28,237 nt of DNA from Chloroflexota bacterium (GTDB lineage Bacteria; Chloroflexota; Dehalococcoidia; Lucifugimonadales; JADFKI01). Made by a program: the position numbers and the translations under genes. The notes below the pieces were generated by a model. It searched no databases and was not told the DNA's origin. It saw only the letters and a list, made by a program, of their open reading frames with translations. The stretch lies in the NCBI GenBank assembly GCA_027623195.1, contig JAQBUT010000031.1, positions 1 through 28,237 on the forward strand, given 5' to 3'. Shown piece after piece: positions 8,603-17,902 of this stretch. Positions within the stretch are counted from its first letter, which is position 1, and every line of letters starts with the position of its first letter.

Positions 8603-8804
8603 CCTTTACGTTAACCTTCCACCACTGGATGCTCACCTAGTCCCGGCTCCGATTTCGGCTCTGTAACCCCAGTTATTTTCTGAGTAAAGCGTGCTGACTA
8701 AATCCTGCGAATAAATTCATGTTTGGATGTATAATCAGGCTCGCTTAGCGGTGCCGTTACGCATGCGGAAATATGCAATTGAGACGAAGGAGACAATGCC
8801 GTAA

Positions 8805-10052
8805 ATGGAAACCTCTATCCGAGTGTCACCAGAGGTAAGGAGAGGAAGAAACAAACTAGCTGCAACCGTAGTCGGCGGGCACGCCGTCAAGCACATCTAC
8901 AATGCCGCATTAACTTTCATTTTGCTCCCGGTAATAAAGGTTTCGTTGGGTCTTACTGGAACGCAGCTGGGTCTCCTGTCATTCTCTATGAGGGTAACCG
9001 GCGGAGTCACCACCATGGGCGCGGGCTATCTTGGTGACAGGTTCGCCAACAAGTCAGGCCTAATGCTGGCCATCTCCCTGAGCATACTGGGGATATCCTT
9101 TTTCCTTCTGGGTAGCGCAACAAACTTCTGGTACCTCTTCGGTGTCATGCTGCTGGTCGGCATAGGCCCATCTATATACCACCCACCGGCAATCGCTGCT
9201 CTCTCCCGCAAGTTTCCAGACAGGCGAGGTTTTGCAATTTCCCTTCATGGCACCGGCGGCAGCATCGGTAATCTCGTAGGCCCTGTGCTGGTCGGGGGGC
9301 TCTTGGCAGGCTCCTTCGTGCTTGTGATTTCTTGGCAGAATGTGTTGAGGTTCAGCCTGATACCCGCCCTGATCTTCGCCGTACTGATATACGTGCTCAT
9401 GCGCAATATCCCTACCGCAGACGCCGGGACCAAGTCCTTTGCCGATTACTATTCCGGGCTTGGGCGTCTTTTAAAGAAGCGCGCCATGATAATGCTGGTA
9501 CTTCTGACGGGTCTTCGAAGTATGGGCCAGAGCGCTATTCAGACGTTTCTTCCTGTTTACCTGTTGCAGGACTTGGGATATTCTGAGATTCGAGTGCCTA
9601 TTTATTTGGCGGGCGCGCAGATCGCAGGCGTCGCGGCGCAGCCCGTGATGGGTTGGCTGTCAGATAGGTTCGGCAGGAAGATCGTGCTGGTTCCGGCGGT
9701 GGCGGCCCTGGGAGTCCTTTACCTGGCTTTGCGATTCGCCGACCCCGGACCTCAGCTAATCATGGTTATACTGGCCATGGGTTCATTCCAGTACTCGTTG
9801 CACAGCATCTTTATCGCCTCGGCAATGGACGTTGCACAGGGGGCCTCCCAGTCCACGGTGGTGTCGCTAATTTACGGCGCCTCCATCCTTGGTGCGTTCT
9901 CCCCGATTCTGGCTGGGAAGATTACGGACGCCACCATTACCCAGGACGCTTTTGTTTATGGCGGCCTCGTGGTACTGGCCAGCGCAGTCATATTGGCCAT
10001 GGTGAAATTGCCTAAGACCGACAACCAGATTGCCAGTTCAAACGGTGGCTAG
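8805..10052 (+). CDS. MFS transporter
   Basis: About 12 hydrophobic segments. Motif A copies GYLGDRFANK and GWLSDRFGRK; also YHPPA. Confidence 0.9.
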   Translation: METSIRVSPEVRRGRNKLAATVVGGHAVKHIYNAALTFILLPVIKVSLGLTGTQLGLLSFSMRVTGGVTTMGAGYLGDRFANKSGLMLAISLSILGISFFLLGSATNFWYLFGVMLLVGIGPSIYHPPAIAALSRKFPDRRGFAISLHGTGGSIGNLVGPVLVGGLLAGSFVLVISWQNVLRFSLIPALIFAVLIYVLMRNIPTADAGTKSFADYYSGLGRLLKKRAMIMLVLLTGLRSMGQSAIQTFLPVYLLQDLGYSEIRVPIYLAGAQIAGVAAQPVMGWLSDRFGRKIVLVPAVAALGVLYLALRFADPGPQLIMVILAMGSFQYSLHSIFIASAMDVAQGASQSTVVSLIYGASILGAFSPILAGKITDATITQDAFVYGGLVVLASAVILAMVKLPKTDNQIASSNGG

Positions 10053-10072
10053 TTCCGCTCTCTAGATATCAA

Positions 10073-10118
10073 AAAGACCGGCGAAGAATCTTATCCAGGA
10101 TGTCCCTCGCCGCTCTTT
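10073..10118. terminator. Probable terminator between the convergent MFS and SDR genes
   Basis: Imperfect inverted repeat AAAGA-C-CGGCGA ... TCGCCG-C-TCTTT. Confidence 0.45.
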
Positions 10119-10148
10119 CATTTAATGCGGTTTTCTAAACGTGCTCGA

Positions 10149-10895
10149 CTACCCGAAGTGTGAGCCGCCGTTTATGTGTAGCGTTTGCCCTGTAATGAAG
10201 CCGCAGTCGTCCGTCACTAGGAACAGGCAGGCAGCTGCTATCTCTTCGGGTAGGCCAAGCCTTCCCAAAGGAATCTCATCAGTGTTGCGCATGTTTTCGT
10301 TGGGGTACCAGCTCAGGTCGCGGCTGGTGTCTATGCGCCCCGGTGAGACGATGTTAACGCGTACGTTGTCCGCTGCGAACTCCAGCGCCAGGCTCCGCGA
10401 CAGGCCGATTAGCCCTGTTTTGGCAGCAGACACGAAGGCCCTGTCCGAACCGCCTGTGAACGAGCCGTCGCCGCAGAAGAAGAGCACCCTTCCGAACTGG
10501 TTCTTCACCATGGACGGCATAACCGCGCGAGTGCAGTAGATCGCCCCGTCCAGCACCACGCCGCGAACGCGCTCCCAGTCCTCGATGGTCGCCTCGTTGA
10601 AGGCGCTATGAGGTCTTATGGCAGCGTTGTTGATCAGGATGTCCACCTTGCCGAACTCAGCCATCGCCTTGGAAACCATGTCCTCTACTTGCGCCCTGTC
10701 CGCCACATCGGCCAGCGCCGCTATAGCTCCGACTCCCAGGTCGCGCACCTCTTGGGCCACCGCCTCGGCCTCTGCCATGTTGGAGCGGGCGTTGACTACG
10801 ATGTTTGCGCCCTCCTTTGCCAATGCCAAGGCCGTTGCCCGACCTATATTGCGCCCCGAGCCGGTGATGAGGGCCGTCTTTCCTTCAAGTCGCAT
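10149..10895 (-). CDS. Short-chain dehydrogenase/reductase (FabG-like, atypical active site)
   Basis: Motifs TGSGRNIG, INNAA, VRVNIVSPG, ITGQTLHINGG. The YxxxK motif appears as VSAAK. Confidence 0.9.
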   Translation of the reverse strand: MRLEGKTALITGSGRNIGRATALALAKEGANIVVNARSNMAEAEAVAQEVRDLGVGAIAALADVADRAQVEDMVSKAMAEFGKVDILINNAAIRPHSAFNEATIEDWERVRGVVLDGAIYCTRAVMPSMVKNQFGRVLFFCGDGSFTGGSDRAFVSAAKTGLIGLSRSLALEFAADNVRVNIVSPGRIDTSRDLSWYPNENMRNTDEIPLGRLGLPEEIAAACLFLVTDDCGFITGQTLHINGGSHFG

Positions 10896-11016
10896 GTCAT
10901 CTCCTTCTACTGACCGCTCCCCTACTCCCTTTCTTCTTCAGGCCGGTGTAGGGAAGGCCGTTAATTACCCCTGGCTTTGAACGTGGGGGTAAGGTTGCCT
11001 AAGTTAACTTTTCGTT

Positions 11017-11454
11017 TTAGTCTTCTGCCGTCCTTGTAGTCTCTGACATCACCCTGAATATTACGTTATCCGGCGTTAGGCTTATCACAACGCGGTTCTC
11101 CGTCCGAAGGATCGCCATACGGCCCTCGACGCGGTCGGCAGGCAGGTGACGCTCGACGATGGTCCGGGTTATGGGCCAGATGGAATCGTCGTCGCTGATC
11201 TCCACATGGCCGGTGATGCTGGCATATTCCGGGGCCGTTGTGCCCGAGTAAACGCAAGCCGACATGCGGTTGTCACGCGCAAGGTTAATGTATTTCATTC
11301 GTTCTTTGGTGGTCGAAATATGCAGCTTGCCATCGGAAAACACGTACCAGTTTGGCGTCAGGTGGGGCATGCCGGTGCGGTCCACGGTGGCCACTACCAC
11401 AATCCTCGTAGGCTTAAGGAATTCTTCTAGTTTCACGTTGTCTTCAGGACTCAT
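11017..11454 (-). CDS. PPOX-class (split beta-barrel) putative F420-dependent oxidoreductase
   Basis: Motifs ATVDRTGMPHLTPNWY, KYINLARDNR, ENRVVISLTP. Confidence 0.85.
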   Translation of the reverse strand: MSPEDNVKLEEFLKPTRIVVVATVDRTGMPHLTPNWYVFSDGKLHISTTKERMKYINLARDNRMSACVYSGTTAPEYASITGHVEISDDDSIWPITRTIVERHLPADRVEGRMAILRTENRVVISLTPDNVIFRVMSETTRTAED

Positions 11455-11752
11455 TTTTGAAATCTCTCTCCATAACCTTTACTCCCAACCCCGTTGCCGT
11501 CGACAGAGTGCACTTTATCAATTTATCTTGAGCGTAGCGCGGGGATGAGGTCGCCAACTGTAACCTCGTGTCAGTGAAAGTCTGATTGTGCGGCACAAAC
11601 CCATAGTCTGGGTCGGCATTTTAGCAGAGTGGCTGCGTAGTTGGCCCGAGACCTGTGCGCCTTCATCGGATGTGACCTAATATAATGGTCGGGCCTCAAA
11701 ACTTCATACAACTCAAGGCGACCATTCGAAACTAAATACCCTGGAGGACAAC

Positions 11753-13381
11753 ATGCGCGGTGCTGATCTGCTGGTAAAGGCATTAACTGATGCCGGTGTC
11801 ACTAAGATATTCGCTCTTTCCGGCAACCAGATAATGTCTATATTCGACGCGAGCATTGGCACAGGTCTCCAGCTTATCCATACCCGCCACGAGGCCGCGG
11901 CTGTGCACATGGCGGACGCTTGGGGTAGGCTCACAGGCCAGCCCGGTGTCGCTCTCATCACGGCGGGGCCCGGCCTGGCGAACGCGCTTTCGGCTCTTTA
12001 CGTGGCCAGGGTTGCGGAATCGCCCCTGGTGCTGCTCAGTGGGCACACCCCGATCAACCAGCTTGGCCTGGGCGCTTTTCAGGAGATGCCTCAGGCCGAC
12101 ATGGCCGCCCACGTCTCGAAAGCCTCCTGGATGGCCTCGGACGGCGCGCAGCTGGGTCGCGAAATAGAGAGGGCCATGGCAATTGCTTCCTCAGGTCGAC
12201 CTGGCCCTGTCCACCTAAGTCTGCCCGCCGACGTTCTTGAGTCAGGGATTTCAGGCACCCAGGCTAATCTGGCTGGAGATGGCGATGACGCTCATGTCCC
12301 GTCGCCCTTGTCGGAAAACGCTCTTGGACAACTGGCAGACGCTTTGTCCAACGCTCAGAAGCCACTGGTGCTTGGCGGCCCTGCCCTGTCTCGCGGCAGC
12401 TCGTCGGAGGCGTTGAAGGCCTTCTCCGACGCCACCGGCGTGCCTGCCGTTGCCATGGAGAGTCCTCGCGGAGTTAACGATCCTAGCCTGGGGGCGTTCG
12501 CTGAGGTGCTGGTTCAGGCGGACCTGGTCCTCCTCATGGGCAAGCGGTTGGACTTCATGGTGCAGTTTGGTTCTGGCCCGAACATCAACCCTGATGCTCT
12601 ATTCATGCACGTAGACGCCGATGAGGATGCCGTAGCACATTCCCGTGCCAGGTTGGAGGCTATGGGAAGGCCCAGGGCCGCGCAACACGGGGACCCGGTT
12701 GAAGCACTGGAAAGGCTTTCCGGCGTAGTCCGGGCGTCGTCATCGGAGTGGAGGGACGAGGTGGAGGCAGCTATCGCCTACAGCCCTGTTCAGTGGCGGG
12801 AGATAGAGTCTTCTCCAGGTGAGCCTTTGCATGCGGTGGAGATTGGAAGGGCCGCCCAGGAGTATCTCAACGGTGGTGAGGAGTCTATTTATGTGTCCGA
12901 TGGCGGCGAGTTCGGCCAGTGGGCCCAGGCCTGTCTTACGACTTTGCGAAGGGTAATTAACGGACCGTCCGGCTCGATAGGTAGCTCCATTCCAATGGCC
13001 ATTGGCGCTAGAGCAGCCTTCCCAGATGCCAGGATCGTCACGCTGCTGGGCGACGGCACCTTCGGGTTCCATCCCGCTGAGTTCGACACGGCGGTGCGAA
13101 ACAAACTGCCTTTTATCGCTTTGGTAGGTAACGACTCGACTTGGAACGCCGAATACCAGATTCAGCTTCGTGACTACGGCCCGGACAGGCTGTCCGGGTG
13201 TGAGCTAACGCTGGCAACCCGCTACGACGAGGTGGCAAAGGCCCTAGGAGGCTATGGAGAGCTGGTCACCGAGGCGTCCGAACTCGGGCCTGCCCTTCAG
13301 CGGGCGCACGATTCCGGTTTGCCGGCGTGCATCAACGTGATCATGGCCAGAAACGCCGCTCCCGTGATCCGTCGAGGCTAG
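11753..13381 (+). CDS. Thiamine pyrophosphate-dependent enzyme (acetolactate synthase-like / acyl-CoA lyase-like)
   Basis: Motifs RHEAAAVHMADAWGRLTG, TAGPG, FQE, GRPGPVHLSLP, and TPP motif GDGTFG...GND. RBS GGAGG. Confidence 0.9.
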   Translation: MRGADLLVKALTDAGVTKIFALSGNQIMSIFDASIGTGLQLIHTRHEAAAVHMADAWGRLTGQPGVALITAGPGLANALSALYVARVAESPLVLLSGHTPINQLGLGAFQEMPQADMAAHVSKASWMASDGAQLGREIERAMAIASSGRPGPVHLSLPADVLESGISGTQANLAGDGDDAHVPSPLSENALGQLADALSNAQKPLVLGGPALSRGSSSEALKAFSDATGVPAVAMESPRGVNDPSLGAFAEVLVQADLVLLMGKRLDFMVQFGSGPNINPDALFMHVDADEDAVAHSRARLEAMGRPRAAQHGDPVEALERLSGVVRASSSEWRDEVEAAIAYSPVQWREIESSPGEPLHAVEIGRAAQEYLNGGEESIYVSDGGEFGQWAQACLTTLRRVINGPSGSIGSSIPMAIGARAAFPDARIVTLLGDGTFGFHPAEFDTAVRNKLPFIALVGNDSTWNAEYQIQLRDYGPDRLSGCELTLATRYDEVAKALGGYGELVTEASELGPALQRAHDSGLPACINVIMARNAAPVIRRG

Positions 13382-13812
13382 CCGCTGGGAAAGTACTTTT
13401 GACCGGTACGCAGACTGTCTAGCGCAATCTCCGCAGGTCTGAACAGTGGCTGAGGGAGGGCGTCCAAGGCAAACCAACCCGATTCGCCGAATGCCTCGGG
13501 TTCCGCAATTATGGGCCGCTGTGTGCCTATGTCGCCGGCGAACTCAATGTCGACGTAATGCCGGTCGTAGGCGATTACGTTGCTGATGCATAGGAACCTT
13601 AGATGGCCAACGGTAACGCCCATCTCCTCCAATGCCTCGCGCCTGGCGCACTCCTCCAGTGTTTCCCCAAACTCCAGATGACCTCCGGCAAAGCCCCAGG
13701 ACGCTGCTCCGTGAGAACCCTGACGCTTGGCTAAAAATACCGTCTCGTTTCTTACAAACAGTACGCCAACGCCTACAAGCGGTCTTGACGGCTGCGATTC
13801 TGTGGAAGTCAT
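13378..13812 (-). CDS. NUDIX hydrolase (NUDT15-like)
   Basis: Nudix box GGHLEFGETLEECARREALEEMG. Start placed at ATG 13812 (MTSTESQPSRPLVGVG). Confidence 0.88.
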   Translation of the reverse strand: MTSTESQPSRPLVGVGVLFVRNETVFLAKRQGSHGAASWGFAGGHLEFGETLEECARREALEEMGVTVGHLRFLCISNVIAYDRHYVDIEFAGDIGTQRPIIAEPEAFGESGWFALDALPQPLFRPAEIALDSLRTGQKYFPSG

Positions 13813-14026
13813 GCTCGGCAGTATATCAGCGGAGTGTCGGCTACGACATGGCCCGTGGCGCGCCAGCCAGTTTGGTGGTAATCTGCGCCCAATCAATATG
13901 TGACCAAGAGCTAAACGTGATCGGGCATCGACCTTTCCCTGGAGTTCTATAAGCAAATTTCCTAGCGTTCCAAGGGCATTGATCAACAGCAAGCGTCCAC
14001 TATCTAACATTAAAAAGGGAGGGAAA

Positions 14027-14875
14027 ATGAATATTGGAGTTTCTACGCCACTACCCGCGCACACCGTAGACCCGGCCTTTACCGCGAAAAAAGCAGAGGA
14101 ACTGGGCTTCGATTCCATCTGGTACGCAGAGCATCCTATCCTGCCAGTGCACTCGAATAGCCCATTCCCCGGCTCCGAAGACGGCGTGATCCCGGAGACC
14201 TATCAGCACTTCACTGACCCCTTCATTGCGCTGTCCAGGGCGTCGGCAGTTACTACCAAGATTAAGCTGGCCACAGGCATCACGCTCATCACCGAGCGCA
14301 ACCCACTGGTGCTGGCAAAAGCCATTTCCAGCCTGGACCTCTACAGCGGAGGTCGTTTCCTATTCGGCATTGGCACGGGCTGGCACCGCGAGGAGACCAC
14401 CATTATGGGAGGCGACTTCGACCACCGTTGGGGCCAGGCTCGCGAGGCAGTTCTGGCGCTGAAGGAGTTGTGGACCAAGGACGAGGCGGAGTTCCACGGC
14501 AAGTATTATGACTTCCCGCCGGTTCGCATGTACCCCAAGCCTGCGCAGAAGCCACACCCGCCAGTGCTGCTGGGTGGCATGGCCAAGAACGTGCTTCGCC
14601 GTGTGGCTCGCTGGGGCGACGGCTGGATGCCAAATCGCATTACTCCGGACGGGATTCGAGAGGGCCGGGCCATGCTGGATACGTTGGCCGCAGAGTACGA
14701 ACGAGACGCCTCTGCACTGTCCATAACTGTGCACGGTCAGCTTGCCGATCTGGACCTCATCAAGGCCTACCATGAGGCCGGTGCGAATCGTGTTATCGTC
14801 AGGCCAAACCCAGCAAATACGGAGCGCGAAATGTCCGATGAGTTAGAGCGTCTCGCAGGTGCGGTTTTCAAATAA
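14027..14875 (+). CDS. LLM-class (luciferase-like) putative F420-dependent oxidoreductase
   Basis: Motifs AEELGFDSIWYAEH, DPFIAL, SGGRFLFGIGTGW, PKPAQKPHPPVLLGG, RVARWGDGW. ATG 14027 follows RBS GGGAGG. Confidence 0.9.
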   Translation: MNIGVSTPLPAHTVDPAFTAKKAEELGFDSIWYAEHPILPVHSNSPFPGSEDGVIPETYQHFTDPFIALSRASAVTTKIKLATGITLITERNPLVLAKAISSLDLYSGGRFLFGIGTGWHREETTIMGGDFDHRWGQAREAVLALKELWTKDEAEFHGKYYDFPPVRMYPKPAQKPHPPVLLGGMAKNVLRRVARWGDGWMPNRITPDGIREGRAMLDTLAAEYERDASALSITVHGQLADLDLIKAYHEAGANRVIVRPNPANTEREMSDELERLAGAVFK

Positions 14876-15318
14876 ATATTGTCCTAAGTTCGGCCAGTTG
14901 ATATACGAAACCAGGATTCTAAATATCTAACCATTAGACCTGGCTACTTGAATGACTCATGGGCTAGTCGGCAGTTGTATTGATGAAGAACTATGCTTCT
15001 TAACATCACTAGAACTGCCGCTTAGGGCCTTCAATAGGCACGCAATTAACCTGATAATTGCGTGCCTATTTCTTTGCCTGTTGGGTGAAACTGCATCGTC
15101 TTATGCGCTCTCAGAAGCGCTATTCATAGCGGCATGCTAGATATGTCTCCATTCTGTGCAGCGGCTTGTAAAGGCAGTGGTGATATTGCTGAGGTATGTT
15201 GGCACCGAAAGCCGCTGCGTAATCGAAACACGAATAAACAGGGAATAGAAACGCCTTTAGCTCCACCAGTGGCGCGTCTAAAATGGCCGTAATCTTAGAA
15301 CAAGTGGAGTTTAATATC

Positions 15319-15684
15319 TTGCCAAAATTTGAACTAATAACCAAAGATGAGGCCCAATCAAAGTCCAGATTCGGTGGAAGAAGCGGGCAGGTTGTGGCTA
15401 TGTATATGTTCTTTATAGAGCAAATTAGGGAGGGCAAGGCTGGTCGACTAAAGCCTAGCGAAGGCGAGACGATTCAGGCCGTGCGAAGAAGGCTCGGAAA
15501 GGCCGCAAAGTTAGCTGGTAAGGAGCTAACTATAAAGCGCGTTCACGACGAGATTTATTTCTGGGTAGGTGCAGAGGAAGGCGCCAAGCAAACGAAGCGT
15601 AAACCACGCAGAAGCGTAGATAAAGGCCCCGCCAAGTTGGCTCCCGTATTCGTCGATAATATCGTTACGTTACACGAAAGGTAA
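15319..15684 (+). CDS. Small basic hypothetical protein, possible nucleic-acid binder
   Basis: K/R-rich ORF (AGRLKPSEGETIQAVRRRLGKAAKLAGKELTIKR...KRKPRR). Likely TTG start at 15319 with GGAG at 15306-15309; ATG 15283 is an alternative start. Confidence 0.65.
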   Translation: MPKFELITKDEAQSKSRFGGRSGQVVAMYMFFIEQIREGKAGRLKPSEGETIQAVRRRLGKAAKLAGKELTIKRVHDEIYFWVGAEEGAKQTKRKPRRSVDKGPAKLAPVFVDNIVTLHER

Positions 15685-16212
15685 TCGTTCGTATTACTAG
15701 TTTGGGAATTGGTGCGTAGTGATTTATGTTCACGTTTGATCTGCATACGAATGGGCATATAATTGACTAGCGAATAGTAAAAAAGAAGACTTTGAAATGC
15801 ACTTATAAAGGCAAGGGAATTGGCTTTGGATTGCGATGAAAGCTTCCATAAGTCGTATTTCTGTAGCCCTGCAAGCGTCAAAGCAACGTGCGGGTAAGTG
15901 AGCAGGCAAAACGCATCCTGTTTGGTCAACAAACGGAACCCCGTGCAACCCTACCCGGCCGACTTGACGTGCTGAACTGTCGTTGGGAAGGCCTGTTTTT
16001 TTGAGACCATTTGCAGGTTATTGAGTCATTAAATTAAACCCATATTGCCCTTAATTAAGCGCTATAGATCGGTCTTAATCTTGTTCGAAACATATATTTT
16101 TTAGCATCCCAATTCAATGCTACTTACGAAATGTTTAGTATATTTTTTATTTAACTAATTCAGAAAACATAATGCCGCTACTTTCCATATCGACGCATGT
16201 GCTAGACGCAAT

Positions 16213-16239
16213 AAGGGCCTCCCAAAATGGGAGGCCCTT
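16213..16239. terminator. Strong hairpin, probable terminator downstream of the minus-strand LLM gene
   Basis: Perfect 12-bp stem AAGGGCCTCCCA-AAA-TGGGAGGCCCTT. Confidence 0.65.
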
Positions 16240-16452
16240 GCGTTGATTTGCTGGTCCATTGCCGATGAACCTAACCAAACGAATGGCGTTTCAAATGCGG
16301 CGATATCCGTTTGTTACTACTTCGTGCGGTCCTGCGCCAAAGGCCGTGATGAGGCCTGTGTTTCGACGGGTTCGCCACGAACCGACAAGGCGTTCAAAAT
16401 TGGCCTTTCTTTTGCAAAGGCATCCGGCATGATTAGGTTGTTATCTGAGAAA

Positions 16453-17637
16453 CTACCTTGCAGATGATGCCGCCTGTTTGGCAGCCTCTCCCTTCTTGAA
16501 CTCGGGAATTACATACTTGCCGAATAGCTCAATGGACTTCATGACCTTCTCGTGAGGGATGGTCTCGGTCTGCATCATAATCATCATCTGGTCGATGCCC
16601 GTAGCCTCATGCTTTTTCAGCGCCTCGATGCAGCTATCCGGGTCGCCGCCGATGACCACTGCCCTTTCGCATAGCGTTTCGGCGTCCAGTTCGTCCCAGA
16701 TCTTATTGGCGATGGCGGAGCCGCCGGAGTAGTCCAGGATATTCTCCTTTATCTCCGTTTCGCCCTCCAACTCAACGTAGCGCGAGAAGTTGGCCTGCAG
16801 ATGGTCGGGCACGCCGCCCCACCGTTCCAGCAGCTGGGCGTATATGTCCTTCTGCCCCTGTACGTAGGGTCTATCGGGGCCGAAGAAGTTCTTAAGCGAC
16901 TGTGCGCTTAGTCTCTTTGCCTCCGCGTCGTCCTCCAGGCAGATCCCCAGCGTCGAGCTAGCCCACTGGTCGTTGACGAAGGCGCCGACTGGCTTGGCGT
17001 TCTTGACGCGCTCCTTGTAGGCCTTCACGTACGGCTCCAGGGACGACGGCGCGCTGGACCCGAAGGCCAACACCCCTATGCCCTTGTCCGCGGCGATGTC
17101 GTACGTAGACGGCTGCAGCGCCGCCACCCACATTGGCGGGTGCGGCTTCTGGTAAGGCTTGGGCAGGATCTGCCGCTCCGGTACCTGCCAGAACTTGCCC
17201 TCGTAGGAGAACTTGTCTGAGCCCCAGATCTTCGGCACCATGGTCAGGGACTCCTCCCACATTTCGCGGCTGTCCCGCGGGTCAATGCCCATGCCTGTGA
17301 GTTCATACGGCGCAGAACGGCCCGTTCCGAAGTCGACCCGACCCTCAGATAGGTGGTCCAGCATTGCGACGCGCTCCGCCACTCTATTCGGGTGATGGTA
17401 CGGCAGAATCACGACTCCTAAGCCAAGCCGAATCTGCTTCGTGCGCTGGCTCAGCGCGGCGTAAATCAGGTCCGGGCACGGCGATGCGGAGAAGCCCGTG
17501 AGGAAGTGGTGTTCCACGAACCACAGGTAATCGAAGCCAACCTCGTCGGCCAAGATGCATTGCTCCATCGTCTCTTGAAGCACCAGGTGGTCATCCAATG
17601 ATGGGCGCTGCATTTCGTACTGTAATGCTAATTTCAT
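16453..17637 (-). CDS. LLM-class flavin-dependent oxidoreductase (luciferase-like monooxygenase)
   Basis: Motifs ADEVGFDYLWFVEHHF, HPNRVAERVAMLDHLSEGRVDFGTGRS, PKPYQKPHPPMW. Confidence 0.92.
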   Translation of the reverse strand: MKLALQYEMQRPSLDDHLVLQETMEQCILADEVGFDYLWFVEHHFLTGFSASPCPDLIYAALSQRTKQIRLGLGVVILPYHHPNRVAERVAMLDHLSEGRVDFGTGRSAPYELTGMGIDPRDSREMWEESLTMVPKIWGSDKFSYEGKFWQVPERQILPKPYQKPHPPMWVAALQPSTYDIAADKGIGVLAFGSSAPSSLEPYVKAYKERVKNAKPVGAFVNDQWASSTLGICLEDDAEAKRLSAQSLKNFFGPDRPYVQGQKDIYAQLLERWGGVPDHLQANFSRYVELEGETEIKENILDYSGGSAIANKIWDELDAETLCERAVVIGGDPDSCIEALKKHEATGIDQMMIMMQTETIPHEKVMKSIELFGKYVIPEFKKGEAAKQAASSAR

Positions 17638-17685
17638 CGTGACTCCTATTTCTTGATTCTGCCCGCTTCTAATTGATTTGGCGGT

Positions 17686-17714
17686 ATTCTATATGTCCCA
17701 TTGAGTGGTGACAA
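17686..17714 (-). promoter_or_regulatory. Sigma70-type promoter for the LLM gene
   Basis: On the minus strand: TTGTCA, 17-bp spacer, TAGAAT. Confidence 0.6.
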
Positions 17715-17776
17715 GGTAGCCTCGAATGGGTCCCATCTCATCGTTGGAAATACTCTTCACAACGCCTTTTTTTACC

Positions 17777-17805
17777 TGGACACATATTTAGAATAATCTT
17801 ATAAA
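17777..17805 (+). promoter_or_regulatory. Sigma70-type promoter for parA
   Basis: TGGACA (17777-17782), 17-bp spacer, TATAAA (17800-17805). Confidence 0.55.
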
Positions 17806-17860
17806 GATAGTTAAACATCGAGATGGTGAGTCATCTAGTTAACTTGCTATCTAGTTGGGC
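17805..17860. repeat. 8-bp-phased degenerate repeat patch over the parA promoter (putative operator)
   Basis: Consecutive octamers AGATAGTT AAACATCG AGATGGTG AGTCATCT AGTTAACT TGCTATCT AGTTGGGC, the same pattern as the downstream patches. Confidence 0.6.
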
Positions 17861-17902
17861 CTCATGGCTTGTTAGACTGCCTGAAAGGGGTAGGGAGAGA
17901 AA

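Noticed and set aside
13813..14118. N-terminal extension of the NUDIX ORF
   Set aside because: It overlaps the divergent LLM gene start and has no family character; ATG 13812 gives a normal-sized NUDIX protein.
15927..15936. CAACAAACGG shared with 23683-23692 in two candidate RNA structures
   Set aside because: A 10-bp match is expected by chance in 28 kb, and the surrounding structures do not align.
16362..16384. TTCGACGGGTTCGCCACGAACCG, reminiscent of a REP-like intergenic repeat
   Set aside because: Single degenerate copy in the window; cannot be supported without a genome-wide search.
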